The translations under genes were made by a program, and so were the position numbers. Of a stretch of DNA of 15,932 nucleotides, positions 1-8,122 are shown piece after piece. The notes beneath the pieces were generated by a model. That model had not been told where the DNA came from, searched no databases, and was given only the letters and a program-made list of their open reading frames with translations. How positions within the stretch are numbered: position 1 is the stretch's first letter; each line of letters opens with the position of its first letter. The stretch is from Oligoflexia bacterium (GTDB taxonomy: Bacteria > Bdellovibrionota > UBA1018). The DNA lies in NCBI GenBank assembly GCA_043732485.1, contig JAYTHP010000060.1, forward strand, positions 1 to 15,932, written 5' to 3'.

Positions 1-923
1 GAAGCGCCGTAACTCCATCCCCGCTTTACTCGAATCTCGTTCATTAAGATGGCCGCAAACGACCCGCCACCAAAGACATGATTGCCCAAGTAGAGCGGAA
101 AATAGTTCGGGTCCGACATCAATGGCCCGATTTGCCCGATGTTGATTTGGGTCTGCGAGCGCTCAGGCTTATCGACAAAAACCACTTGTTGTTTTTTTGG
201 GGCCTCAGGCGCTGGCGGGAGCGAGACTGCCTGCCGCGCTTCAGCCAGGGGTAGGTTGAGGGTCTGACTCCAGGCCTCAATCACCGCAGGATCAGCGTCG
301 CCCACGCCTAACACATAAAGTCCTTCTGGGTGGAGCAACTGACGGTAACTCTCTAGCATGTCTTGACGAGTCAAAGTCTTTAAGTCAGGAATTTTGCCTA
401 GCGTCGGCTGACCGTAGGGATGGTGAGCGAAGAGCACTTCATTGAATTTTTGCGCAGCCAGCCACCCGTCGTTGCCCTGTTGCTCCTTAATCTCAGAAAT
501 GGCCTCGTTTTTCAGCTTTTCTAACTCACTGACCGGAAAAGTCGGTTGCGTCATTACTTTCTTGAGCAACGCGAGGTAATCGGCGAGATGCGAGCTAATC
601 ACCGTGCCATGAAAGGCAATCGCCTCAAGCCCGGTCGACACCTCTAAGGTGGCCCCGATCTGCTCAAGCGCCACCGTGAGTTCTTTTTTGCTATAGCCCT
701 GGGTGCCCCGCAGCAGCAGTTGCCCCATGAGATTCACCTTTCCAAACTTTCCCACCGGGTCGCTCACGCCGTTTTTGGCAATCACCACCCGCAGCTGGCA
801 CAGCGGGAGGCGGTGATCGGCTTCAAACGCCACCTCCAGCGCAAAAAGTTTCAGCGGCGGCGCAAGCCCGCAAACCAGGGAGACAAGCAAAGCGAGAGCG
901 AAGCGAGGGTGAAGGGTCATCAT
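1..923 (-). CDS. M16B (pitrilysin/insulinase family) peptidase, non-catalytic subunit; 3' end lies outside the window
   Basis: Not in the ORF track; translated by hand. ATG at 923-921 (or 920-918) overlaps the upstream stop and the frame stays open to the window edge: MMTLHPRFALALLVSLVCGLAPPLKLFALEVAFEADHRLPLCQLRVVIAKNGVSDPVGKFGKVNLMGQLLLRGTQGYSKKEL...LFAHHPYGQP...DKPERSQTQINIG...LGNHVFGGGSFAAILMNEIRVKRGWSYGA. It has M16 hallmarks (RGT, HPY, EIRxKRGxSY). The HxxEH position reads NLMGQ. The N-terminus is signal-like. Confidence 0.88.
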   Translation of the reverse strand, partial: MMTLHPRFALALLVSLVCGLAPPLKLFALEVAFEADHRLPLCQLRVVIAKNGVSDPVGKFGKVNLMGQLLLRGTQGYSKKELTVALEQIGATLEVSTGLEAIAFHGTVISSHLADYLALLKKVMTQPTFPVSELEKLKNEAISEIKEQQGNDGWLAAQKFNEVLFAHHPYGQPTLGKIPDLKTLTRQDMLESYRQLLHPEGLYVLGVGDADPAVIEAWSQTLNLPLAEARQAVSLPPAPEAPKKQQVVFVDKPERSQTQINIGQIGPLMSDPNYFPLYLGNHVFGGGSFAAILMNEIRVKRGWSYGA

Positions 924-2305
924 TTGGGTACTCCTGTGATCACGGTGCGCCGTTGAGGTTGCAAGTAGAGTTGGGCTGCGCGTCTTATAGCTTCAGCCGA
1001 GAGCGCTTGGGTAGCAGCATGCCTTTTGATTCCTGCTTCAAAACTACCGGCAATCGTTTCAAAAAGACCTAAAAAATAGGCCATCTGGAAAGGCGACTCC
1101 AGGCCTTCGTAAAACCCGAGCTCCAGTTGGTTTTTCACGCGGTTCAGTTCAGTTTCAGGCACCAGGGTGCGGGTCAGGCGCTCAATTTCCTTCAGAATGA
1201 TCTTTTCCACCGCGTTGAGGTTGGATTGCTGCCCTTTTTTGCTCTGCAAGTTGCTAGTGATCGTCAAAACCGAAGTCTCAATACTGTTGGAGTCGGAAGC
1301 ACTGACATCACTGCTCCAGCCCTGATCGACTAAGGCTAAGTACAAGCGGCTGGCTTTGCCATTGGCCAACACCGCCTCCAAGACTTCGAGTGCCGGACTA
1401 TCGGCATGGTTATTGGAAGGCACCGGATAGCCCAAGGTCAGCTTCTCCACTTGGATCGGGAGAATGAGATTCTTGCGGCGGACGCTTTTTTGCTCAGGCT
1501 CCAGTTGCGGAGTGGTCGGTGGCTTGAGCTTAAGGGGGGCAAGGCCGCCGTAAAAAGCTTGGGTCTTTTCAATGACTTGCTGAGGAGTGACGTCCCCTAC
1601 CACCACCACGGTTGCGGTATTGGGGCCATAAAAGCGGTGATAAAACTCCTTGGCAATCTCTGGAGTCATTTTTTCTAAGTCTTCCGCGTAACCAATGACC
1701 GGCCAGTGGTAGGGGTGCTGGGTGAAGATGGTCTCAAAAAGGGCTTGCTCCAGCAGGCCATCGGCATTGTTTTCATTGCGAAAACGTCGCTCGTTTTGCA
1801 CCACCTCGCGCTCGATTTTAAAAGCACTCTCGTTCACGACCAGTTGGGTCATGCGGTCGGCTTCTAATTCGACGATTTTGGCAAACTCTTTTGAGGGCAA
1901 TTCCTGAATGTAGGCAGTGAAGTCGTTGCTGGTAAAAGCATTTTCTCCTTCAGCTCCGGCATTTTCTAAAATTCGGTCAAATTCTCCGTCTTTTAAGTGC
2001 GTGGTTTCCTTGAACATCATATGCTCAAAGAAATGGGCTAGCCCAGTTTGCCCTTTCACTTCATTGCGAGAACCCACCCGAAACCAGGTTTGATAGGCAA
2101 ACGTGGGGGAGGAATGATCCTCAATTAGCAGGATTTTCAGTCCGTTGGGGAGCTGGGTTTTCAAAACCTTGAGCTGAGGGGTGAGGAATTGGGTTTGAAA
2201 GGGCGAGTGGGAGGCTTCAGAGCTGCCTTGCGGAGCGCTTCTACACTGGGTGAGCAGCAAAAGAAGGGGTGCGGTCAAGAAAATCGAGTTTATTTTTATT
2301 TTCAT
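920..2305 (-). CDS. M16B zinc metallopeptidase, catalytic subunit, probably exported or a lipoprotein
   Basis: Contains LPNGLKILLIEDH, VGSRNE, GLAHFFEHMMFK (HxxEH zinc motif), ENAFTSNDFTAY, EREVVQNERR (third ligand Glu region) and HPYHWPVIG. The N-terminus MKIKINSIFLTAPLLLLLTQC resembles a signal peptide ending in a Cys. Confidence 0.93.
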   Translation of the reverse strand: MKIKINSIFLTAPLLLLLTQCRSAPQGSSEASHSPFQTQFLTPQLKVLKTQLPNGLKILLIEDHSSPTFAYQTWFRVGSRNEVKGQTGLAHFFEHMMFKETTHLKDGEFDRILENAGAEGENAFTSNDFTAYIQELPSKEFAKIVELEADRMTQLVVNESAFKIEREVVQNERRFRNENNADGLLEQALFETIFTQHPYHWPVIGYAEDLEKMTPEIAKEFYHRFYGPNTATVVVVGDVTPQQVIEKTQAFYGGLAPLKLKPPTTPQLEPEQKSVRRKNLILPIQVEKLTLGYPVPSNNHADSPALEVLEAVLANGKASRLYLALVDQGWSSDVSASDSNSIETSVLTITSNLQSKKGQQSNLNAVEKIILKEIERLTRTLVPETELNRVKNQLELGFYEGLESPFQMAYFLGLFETIAGSFEAGIKRHAATQALSAEAIRRAAQLYLQPQRRTVITGVPK

Positions 2306-2360
2306 GCCCCTTCTTCATCGCATAGTCTGTAAAATAAATGCAAGAGGGAGGGAGCCAATT

Positions 2361-3695
2361 TTGAAAAAAAGCCAAACTCAAACTCATTTTAGCAAGCAGG
2401 GTGGGAGCAGGGTGTCGTGTCGCTCTTGGTTAAGGCAACGCCGCTTTGGCTTGCTCCTGCTGCTAGCCCTCGGGGGAATGGGTGTTGCGCGCCGAGGGGC
2501 GGTTGATGCCTTACGGGGGAGCGCCGGGTTCACGGCACGAGGTGGTGAGGCGCTTTTTACGCCCTTCGGTCAGCTCAAGCGGGTTGACGTCATTGTGCTT
2601 AAACCTGCGCTCGGGGGTGCGCTGGGTGTGCACGTGCAGTCGATTTCTCAAAAAAACCTCCAAGCGGTCCTAAGCCTGGTGGCAGGCACTAGGGGCGCCG
2701 ACCACCTCCAGAACAACTCATTAGCTGAGCAAGCGACAGGCAGCCTTGTGGGCAGCGAAACGGCTGTCGCCGCTCCTGACCTTCGTCCTTCTCCCCCGTT
2801 TTTAGGGAGTATTTTTCACGATCCCGAGCTCTTAAGGGGGGAAATTCTTGCGTTACCTTGGGTGAAAGAGGTGCGAGTACGGCGCAAGTTTTTTAATCGC
2901 CTCAGCCTCACGCTTGAGCCGCGTCAGGCGGTGGCTTGGGTTTTACTGCCGCGCGGTCGCTTGCGCCTGTGTGATGAGTCGGGCGCTTTATGGGCGCCTG
3001 AGCTCACTGCAGGCTTACAGCTGCCGGAGGAAGGGGATTTTCCGGTCCTGGCCCATTTTTGGGTCGAAAGTCCTGCCACGCCTAACGCCTGCAGTGCGAT
3101 ACGCGCTGAGGGAGGGCAGTTTTGTGTACCAGAGAGCCATGTGCGGGCGTTTCAGGCGGCTTTACGTTTAGTGACGGTGTGGGAGCGAGCAGCGTTTGTG
3201 GCGAGTCCGATGTTGATCGCTGCCCATGGGCAAGGGATCGGCGACGTCGAGGGTGTTCGCCAGTCTTTGCCGCTTGAGCTTGCGATGATTGAGCCTGGGG
3301 CAAGTTCCTGGGCGGAGCTGCCTTTTCATAGAGGTTCTCATGGAAGTGCTATGAGAACACCTTATGGCGTTTCTCAGGCTACGGGGTCCGCGCGGGAGAT
3401 TGCGCCGCCGGGGGTTTTGCAGGTGAGTGCCACCGACTTACGCACCCACCGCGCGGTGCGCCTGAAGCTTGAAGGCTGGAATGACGAGGGGGGCGGAGAT
3501 GCCGCAGGGAGTTTCGCTGAGCGAGAGGGAGAGAAAAATAGGGAGCGGGAGCGTCAAAAATTTGATGATTATTTTAGCTCCACTGCCGCCCGGCTGGCGC
3601 GAGTTTTCCGCTATCTCACTGAAAATTCCATTGAAGCGCAGCACGTTTGGGTAGATTCTGGAAGAAGAGTGATTGTTAAAAGGGAGAGTCGTTAG
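2361..3695 (+). CDS. ftsQ: Cell division protein FtsQ/DivIB-like, enlarged (444 aa)
   Basis: Lies 3 bp upstream of ftsA. It has a basic N-terminus, a short hydrophobic segment (FGLLLLLALGGMGV) and a POTRA-type segment (ELLRGEILALPWVKEVRVRRKFFNRLSLTLEPRQAVAW). I moved the start from 2250, which overlaps the divergent peptidase gene, to the in-frame TTG at 2361, preceded by GGAGGGAG. Confidence 0.72.
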   Translation: MKKSQTQTHFSKQGGSRVSCRSWLRQRRFGLLLLLALGGMGVARRGAVDALRGSAGFTARGGEALFTPFGQLKRVDVIVLKPALGGALGVHVQSISQKNLQAVLSLVAGTRGADHLQNNSLAEQATGSLVGSETAVAAPDLRPSPPFLGSIFHDPELLRGEILALPWVKEVRVRRKFFNRLSLTLEPRQAVAWVLLPRGRLRLCDESGALWAPELTAGLQLPEEGDFPVLAHFWVESPATPNACSAIRAEGGQFCVPESHVRAFQAALRLVTVWERAAFVASPMLIAAHGQGIGDVEGVRQSLPLELAMIEPGASSWAELPFHRGSHGSAMRTPYGVSQATGSAREIAPPGVLQVSATDLRTHRAVRLKLEGWNDEGGGDAAGSFAEREGEKNRERERQKFDDYFSSTAARLARVFRYLTENSIEAQHVWVDSGRRVIVKRESR

Positions 3696-3698
3696 TTT

Positions 3699-4943
3699 AT
3701 GTCAAAAAAAGAGATTGTGGTGGGTCTAGACATTGGGACCACGAAGATTTGTTGTCTGGTGGCTAAGGTGGTGAGTCGCGGGGTGAGTCCGCAGGTGGAT
3801 ATTTTAGGCTTTGGTCTGGCGGCGTCCACCGGCTTGCGCAAGGGGGTGGTGATTAACATCGACACCACCATTGCCAGCATTCGCCAGGCGGTGGAGGGGG
3901 CCGAGGCCATGGCCGGTGTTGAGATCTCCACCGTTTATGCCGGCATTGCAGGCGGCCACATCAAGTCGTTTAACTCCACCGGAGTGGTGGCGGTCAAGGA
4001 TCAAGAGATTAATGATCACGACGTTCAGCGTGTCATCGAAGCGGCCAAAGCGGTGGCCATTCCCTTGGACCGGGAAACCTTGCACATTATCCCGCAAGAA
4101 TACACGATTAATGAGCAAGGTGGGATTCGTGATCCTATCGGTATGAGCGGCGTGCGTTTAGAAGCCCGCGTGCATATCGTCACAGGCGCAGTGTCTTCCG
4201 CCCAGAATATCATTAAATGTGTTAACCGGGCCGGGCTGAATGTCGCTGAGATTTGCTTGGAGCCGATTGCTTCAAGCGAAGCCGTGTTATGCCGTGATGA
4301 AAAGGAGCTGGGGGTGATTTTGATTGATATCGGGGGTGGCACCACTGATCTTGCGATCTTTAAGGAGGGGGCTTTGGTGCACACCGGGGTGCTGCCGATG
4401 GGCGGTCACCACCTGACTCATGACATTGCGGTGGGGTTGCGCACCCCTCAGCATGAGGCTGAGTTACTGAAAATGCGATACGGCTGTGCCTTGGTCTCGT
4501 TGGTCAAGGCCGAGGAGACCATGGAAGTGCCGGGGGTGGGGGGGCGACAGTCCCGTCTCTTGTCGCGCAGGCTGCTGGCCCAGATCATTGAGCCACGCAT
4601 GGAGGAGATTTTCTCGCTCATCCAGCGCGAAGTCTTGAAATCCGGCTATCATCACTTGCTCTCTGCAGGGGTGGTGATTACGGGCGGGGCAACACTTTTG
4701 CCTGGAACCCCGGAGCTTGCCGAGCTGGTATTTGGGATGCCAGTGAAGCGGGGTATTCCCTCTGACATGGGTGGGATGAGTGAAAGCGTGCAGTTTCCGC
4801 AGTTTGCCACTGCCGTAGGGTTAGCGAAATACGGGGCCAGGCAGCAAGAGCGGGGTGGGAGACAGCGATTTCCGTTACGAGAGAAAAATATTTACGACAA
4901 ATTTCGTGGATCTGTGCGAAACTGGATGAGGGAGTTATTTTAG
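3699..4943 (+). CDS. ftsA: Cell division protein FtsA
   Basis: Actin-fold motifs VGLDIGTTKICCLV, GLRKGVVINID, PIGMSGVRLEARVHIVTG, IDIGGGTTD and GVVITGG. Ends in an amphipathic helix (IYDKFRGSVRNWMRELF). Confidence 0.98.
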   Translation: MSKKEIVVGLDIGTTKICCLVAKVVSRGVSPQVDILGFGLAASTGLRKGVVINIDTTIASIRQAVEGAEAMAGVEISTVYAGIAGGHIKSFNSTGVVAVKDQEINDHDVQRVIEAAKAVAIPLDRETLHIIPQEYTINEQGGIRDPIGMSGVRLEARVHIVTGAVSSAQNIIKCVNRAGLNVAEICLEPIASSEAVLCRDEKELGVILIDIGGGTTDLAIFKEGALVHTGVLPMGGHHLTHDIAVGLRTPQHEAELLKMRYGCALVSLVKAEETMEVPGVGGRQSRLLSRRLLAQIIEPRMEEIFSLIQREVLKSGYHHLLSAGVVITGGATLLPGTPELAELVFGMPVKRGIPSDMGGMSESVQFPQFATAVGLAKYGARQQERGGRQRFPLREKNIYDKFRGSVRNWMRELF

Positions 4944-4973
4944 CACTAACCACGAAAAGGATGTCACCATTTT

Positions 4974-6641
4974 ATGACTGAAATCGATCAGATGATCAAG
5001 CAGGGTGCCAAAATCACGGTAGTCGGCGTGGGTGGCAGCGGTTGCAACGCGGTTAACACGATGATTCGCACCGGTTTAAGCGGTGTGGACTTTATCACCG
5101 CCAATACCGATAAGCAAGCCTTGGACGCTTCGCTTGCGCCAGTAAAATTAGCCATTGGTCAGGAGCTGACCAAGGGACTGGGGGCAGGAGCTAATCCGGA
5201 GATTGGGCGCAAGGCGGCTTTAGAAGATTACTCAACCATTGCTGACTTGCTGGCAGGATCCGACATGGTGTTCATTACTGCAGGTATGGGCGGGGGAACC
5301 GGCACCGGGGCAGCCCCGGTCTTTGCAAAAATCGCTAAGGAAATCGGGGCACTGACTGTCGGGGTGGTGACCAAGCCCTTCTCCTTTGAAGGCAAAAAGC
5401 GCATGAAACACGCCGAGGCTGGGATGGCTTGTTTGCGCGAGTCGGTGGATTCGCTGATCACCATCCCTAATCAACGGTTGCTGGCCATTTCAGGCTCGAC
5501 TCTTTCGATGATGGAAGCTTTCAAGCGGGCTGATGAAGTGCTGCTGAACGCCGTGCAAGGGATCTCGGATTTAATTAATAATACGGGATTGATTAATAGT
5601 GACTTTGCTGACGTCAAGACGATCATGCAAAACAAGGGTCTAGCGCTGATGGGGATTGGCTACGGGGAAGGCGAGCATCGTGCGATTGAGGCTGCCACCA
5701 ATGCCATTTCGAGCCCCTTGCTGGAGGACATCTCCATTGAAGGGGCCACCGGGATTATCATTAACATCACGGGGGGTTCCAATCTCAAGATTCATGAGGT
5801 CAATGAAGCCACCACCTTGATCATGGAAGCAGCGCACGAGGATGCGGAGATTATCTTTGGCACCGTGATTGACGAATCAATTCAAGACATGGTGAAAGTC
5901 ACCGTGATTGCCACCGGACTGGGTGGCAGTGTTTCGTCGGAATTGTCTGCTGCTAGGGCAACGTTTAAGCCCCATGCTGCGCCCGCTTCCTCCTTGGTGC
6001 TAACCGGGATGATGCAGGCCCAGTCACAAGCTCAAGCGTCGCCGTTGTCATCGCCTGGAGCTGGCGGCGTGGCGGTCTTGCAGTCGTCCCTAGCGACGAA
6101 AGATGAGGGTCGGCAGAGTGCCGCTTCACCTTTCACGCAACAAGCGGGAGAAGGCGGAGCGATGGCTCGCGCGATCACGCCGATGGTGCCCTTGCCAGAC
6201 GTGGCAGGCTACCGGGATCAGCCGGGCGGCCCGTATCTGGGAGGTCTTGAGTCGGAGACGGCTGTGGGCCACACAGGCTACGCTGCTCACAACGGGCTTG
6301 CAAGCGCCGTGGTGCACGCGGCGGTCCGGAACCCGTTGCTCAATGAGGGGTCGTTTTCAAGCGGTTTGCCCGATGGTCTACCTCATGGTCTAAAGGAGTC
6401 GATTTCGCAGCAGCCGCCGCATGGCATGTTGTTGGAGGAGCTCGACTCCAGCATCCCGGCGCCTCTCAATTTAGGGGTGACCAGCAGCAGCAGCAGCAGC
6501 AGCAGCATTGCTGCGACTGCGGAAGGCAGCGAGTTGGCTCGCGCTAGGGCCATTGCCCAGCGTCTGGGGATCACTAATCTGACGGACGATGAGTACGACA
6601 TTCCGACCTACATGAGGCGACAACAGCAGCGCGATCTTTAA
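4974..6641 (+). CDS. ftsZ: Cell division protein FtsZ with a long (about 220 aa) C-terminal linker
   Basis: Contains [25 protein letters not shown], the tubulin signature [15 protein letters not shown] and the T7 loop INSDFAD. The core ends at VTVIATGL (residue 316). The C-terminal conserved peptide is [12 protein letters not shown] (residues 538-549). Confidence 0.98.
   Translation: MTEIDQMIKQGAKITVVGVGGSGCNAVNTMIRTGLSGVDFITANTDKQALDASLAPVKLAIGQELTKGLGAGANPEIGRKAALEDYSTIADLLAGSDMVFITAGMGGGTGTGAAPVFAKIAKEIGALTVGVVTKPFSFEGKKRMKHAEAGMACLRESVDSLITIPNQRLLAISGSTLSMMEAFKRADEVLLNAVQGISDLINNTGLINSDFADVKTIMQNKGLALMGIGYGEGEHRAIEAATNAISSPLLEDISIEGATGIIINITGGSNLKIHEVNEATTLIMEAAHEDAEIIFGTVIDESIQDMVKVTVIATGLGGSVSSELSAARATFKPHAAPASSLVLTGMMQAQSQAQASPLSSPGAGGVAVLQSSLATKDEGRQSAASPFTQQAGEGGAMARAITPMVPLPDVAGYRDQPGGPYLGGLESETAVGHTGYAAHNGLASAVVHAAVRNPLLNEGSFSSGLPDGLPHGLKESISQQPPHGMLLEELDSSIPAPLNLGVTSSSSSSSSIAATAEGSELARARAIAQRLGITNLTDDEYDIPTYMRRQQQRDL
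6483..6506 (+). repeat. (AGC)8 trinucleotide repeat encoding poly-Ser in the FtsZ linker
   Basis: Eight perfect in-frame AGC codons ([13 protein letters not shown]). Confidence 0.95.
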
Positions 6642-6809
6642 GCGTGGGTGAAGAAGGGTCTGTGACGGCGCGCGGGGAGTGCGCTGACCTTACGCTTGCA
6701 CGTCCCCCCTTCGGCTCTTCTTTGCCTAAGGGGTCTAGGGCGCCTAGGAGATGCTTTGAGCCTGGCTCAGGGACGGGGTGCTTGTGTCGCCTGCGGTAAG
6801 CGTTTGAGT

Positions 6810-7454
6810 TTAAGGCCCCGGAGCCGAAGGGGAAGGAGCAGGGGGTGGTGCTGAGGAAGCGGCATAGGAGTCGCCTTTCTTCAGCTCCTGCAAGATCTGT
6901 TGGCTAATCGCCTGCAAGGTGTCCATCACGCCGGTGCCTTGGTTTGCCACGGCTTCAAAATAACGCCTAGCCATCGGGTTAAAGGTCGCTTCCAGCTCAT
7001 GCAGACTGACGATGTTGCTCATGTCGCGCTTGTTGTACTGTAAAACAAAGGGAATTTGGTGCAACTCGTAACCCTGGCGCTTGAGGCTGCTTTCTAGCGC
7101 TTCTAGGCTCTCAATGTTGGCTTCCATGCGCTGCGATTGGCTATCGGCCACAAAGACAATCCCGTCCACCCCTTTGAGGATGAATTGGCGAGAGGTCTCA
7201 TAGAAGGTTTGTCCAGGAACGGTGTAGAGGTGAAAGCGAGTTTTGTAACCGCGCACGTCGCCAATCGTTAGCGGGAGGAAATCAAAAAACAAGGTGCGCT
7301 CATTTTCCGTGCTCAGCGACACCAGCTTGCCTTTTTGTTGCGTTTGGGTTTGCTCGTAAATGTATTGAATGTTGGTCGTCTTGCCGCTCAGCCCTGGGCC
7401 AAAGTAGATGATTTTGCAGTTAATTTCTTTGGCGGCGTAATTAATAAAACTCAC
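6810..7454 (-). CDS. mglA: MglA, Ras-like small GTPase (polarity/motility regulator)
   Basis: The N-terminus MSFINYAAKEINCKIIYFGPGLSGKTTN, ERTLFFDFLPL, TRFHLYTVPGQ, ILKGVDGIVFVADSQ and QYNKRD all match the Myxococcus xanthus MglA pattern. The GTG start directly abuts the recR stop. Confidence 0.96.
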   Translation of the reverse strand: MSFINYAAKEINCKIIYFGPGLSGKTTNIQYIYEQTQTQQKGKLVSLSTENERTLFFDFLPLTIGDVRGYKTRFHLYTVPGQTFYETSRQFILKGVDGIVFVADSQSQRMEANIESLEALESSLKRQGYELHQIPFVLQYNKRDMSNIVSLHELEATFNPMARRYFEAVANQGTGVMDTLQAISQQILQELKKGDSYAASSAPPPAPSPSAPGP

Positions 7455-8078
7455 TCAGTGAATCTCCATCCGGTTAGAAAAGGCTCGGCTTAAGGTTTGG
7501 CCATCGGTATACTCTAAAACACCTCCCACCGGAATGCCATGGGCGAGTTTGCTCAAGGCAATTTTCAGGGGTTGGATGAGTTTAGTCAAGTAAAGGGCGG
7601 TGGCTTCGCCTTCGACACTGGGGTTGGTAGCAAAAATAATCTCCCGCACCGGGGGTTGGTGGGGGTCGGTGAGCCGTTGCATCAGGGCAGTAATTTTTAA
7701 ATGCTCAGGACCCACCCCTTTGAGGGGCGAGAGCGTGCCATGCAAAATGTGGTAAAGCCCTAAGAATTGCCGAGTGCGCTCGATGGAATCGACATCCGAG
7801 GGATGCTCCAGTACACAAATCAGTCCGCTGTCGCGCTGCGGTGAGCGACAAATCCCGCACTGGTGGCTTTCGGTGTAGGAAAAACAGCGCTCACACAAGC
7901 GGGTTTGCTCCTTGGCACGCAAGATCGCTTGGGACAAGGCTTGGGCATAACTAAGATCCTGGCGCAGGATAAAATAGCTCAAGCGGGTGGCCGTTTTTTC
8001 ACCTAAACCTGGCAGTTTGCTCAGTTCATGGACGAGTCGCAAGAGGGGATTGAGGGGGGTTTCGGAAAAAGATTTCAT
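7455..8078 (-). CDS. recR: Recombination mediator RecR
   Basis: HhH motif LSKLPGLGEKTATRL, C4 zinc finger (CERC...CGIC), Toprim segments (ICVLE, YHILHGTLSPLKGVGP, EIIFATNPSVEGEATALYL) and GIPVGGVLEYTD. Confidence 0.97.
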   Translation of the reverse strand: MKSFSETPLNPLLRLVHELSKLPGLGEKTATRLSYFILRQDLSYAQALSQAILRAKEQTRLCERCFSYTESHQCGICRSPQRDSGLICVLEHPSDVDSIERTRQFLGLYHILHGTLSPLKGVGPEHLKITALMQRLTDPHQPPVREIIFATNPSVEGEATALYLTKLIQPLKIALSKLAHGIPVGGVLEYTDGQTLSRAFSNRMEIH

Positions 8079-8122
8079 AACCAGTGCGCTTCCTGTTTTC
8101 TTTTTGTTCTCTCTTGCTCACC

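Noticed and set aside
2250..2360. ORF-track start of ftsQ at 2250
   Set aside because: It overlaps the divergent peptidase gene. TTG 2361 has a good ribosome-binding site.
4940..4966. TTAGCACT, resembling the left arm of a CIRCE (HrcA) operator before ftsZ
   Set aside because: There is no GAGTGCTAA right arm at 9 nt spacing (the sequence reads AGGATGTCA), and it overlaps the ftsA stop.
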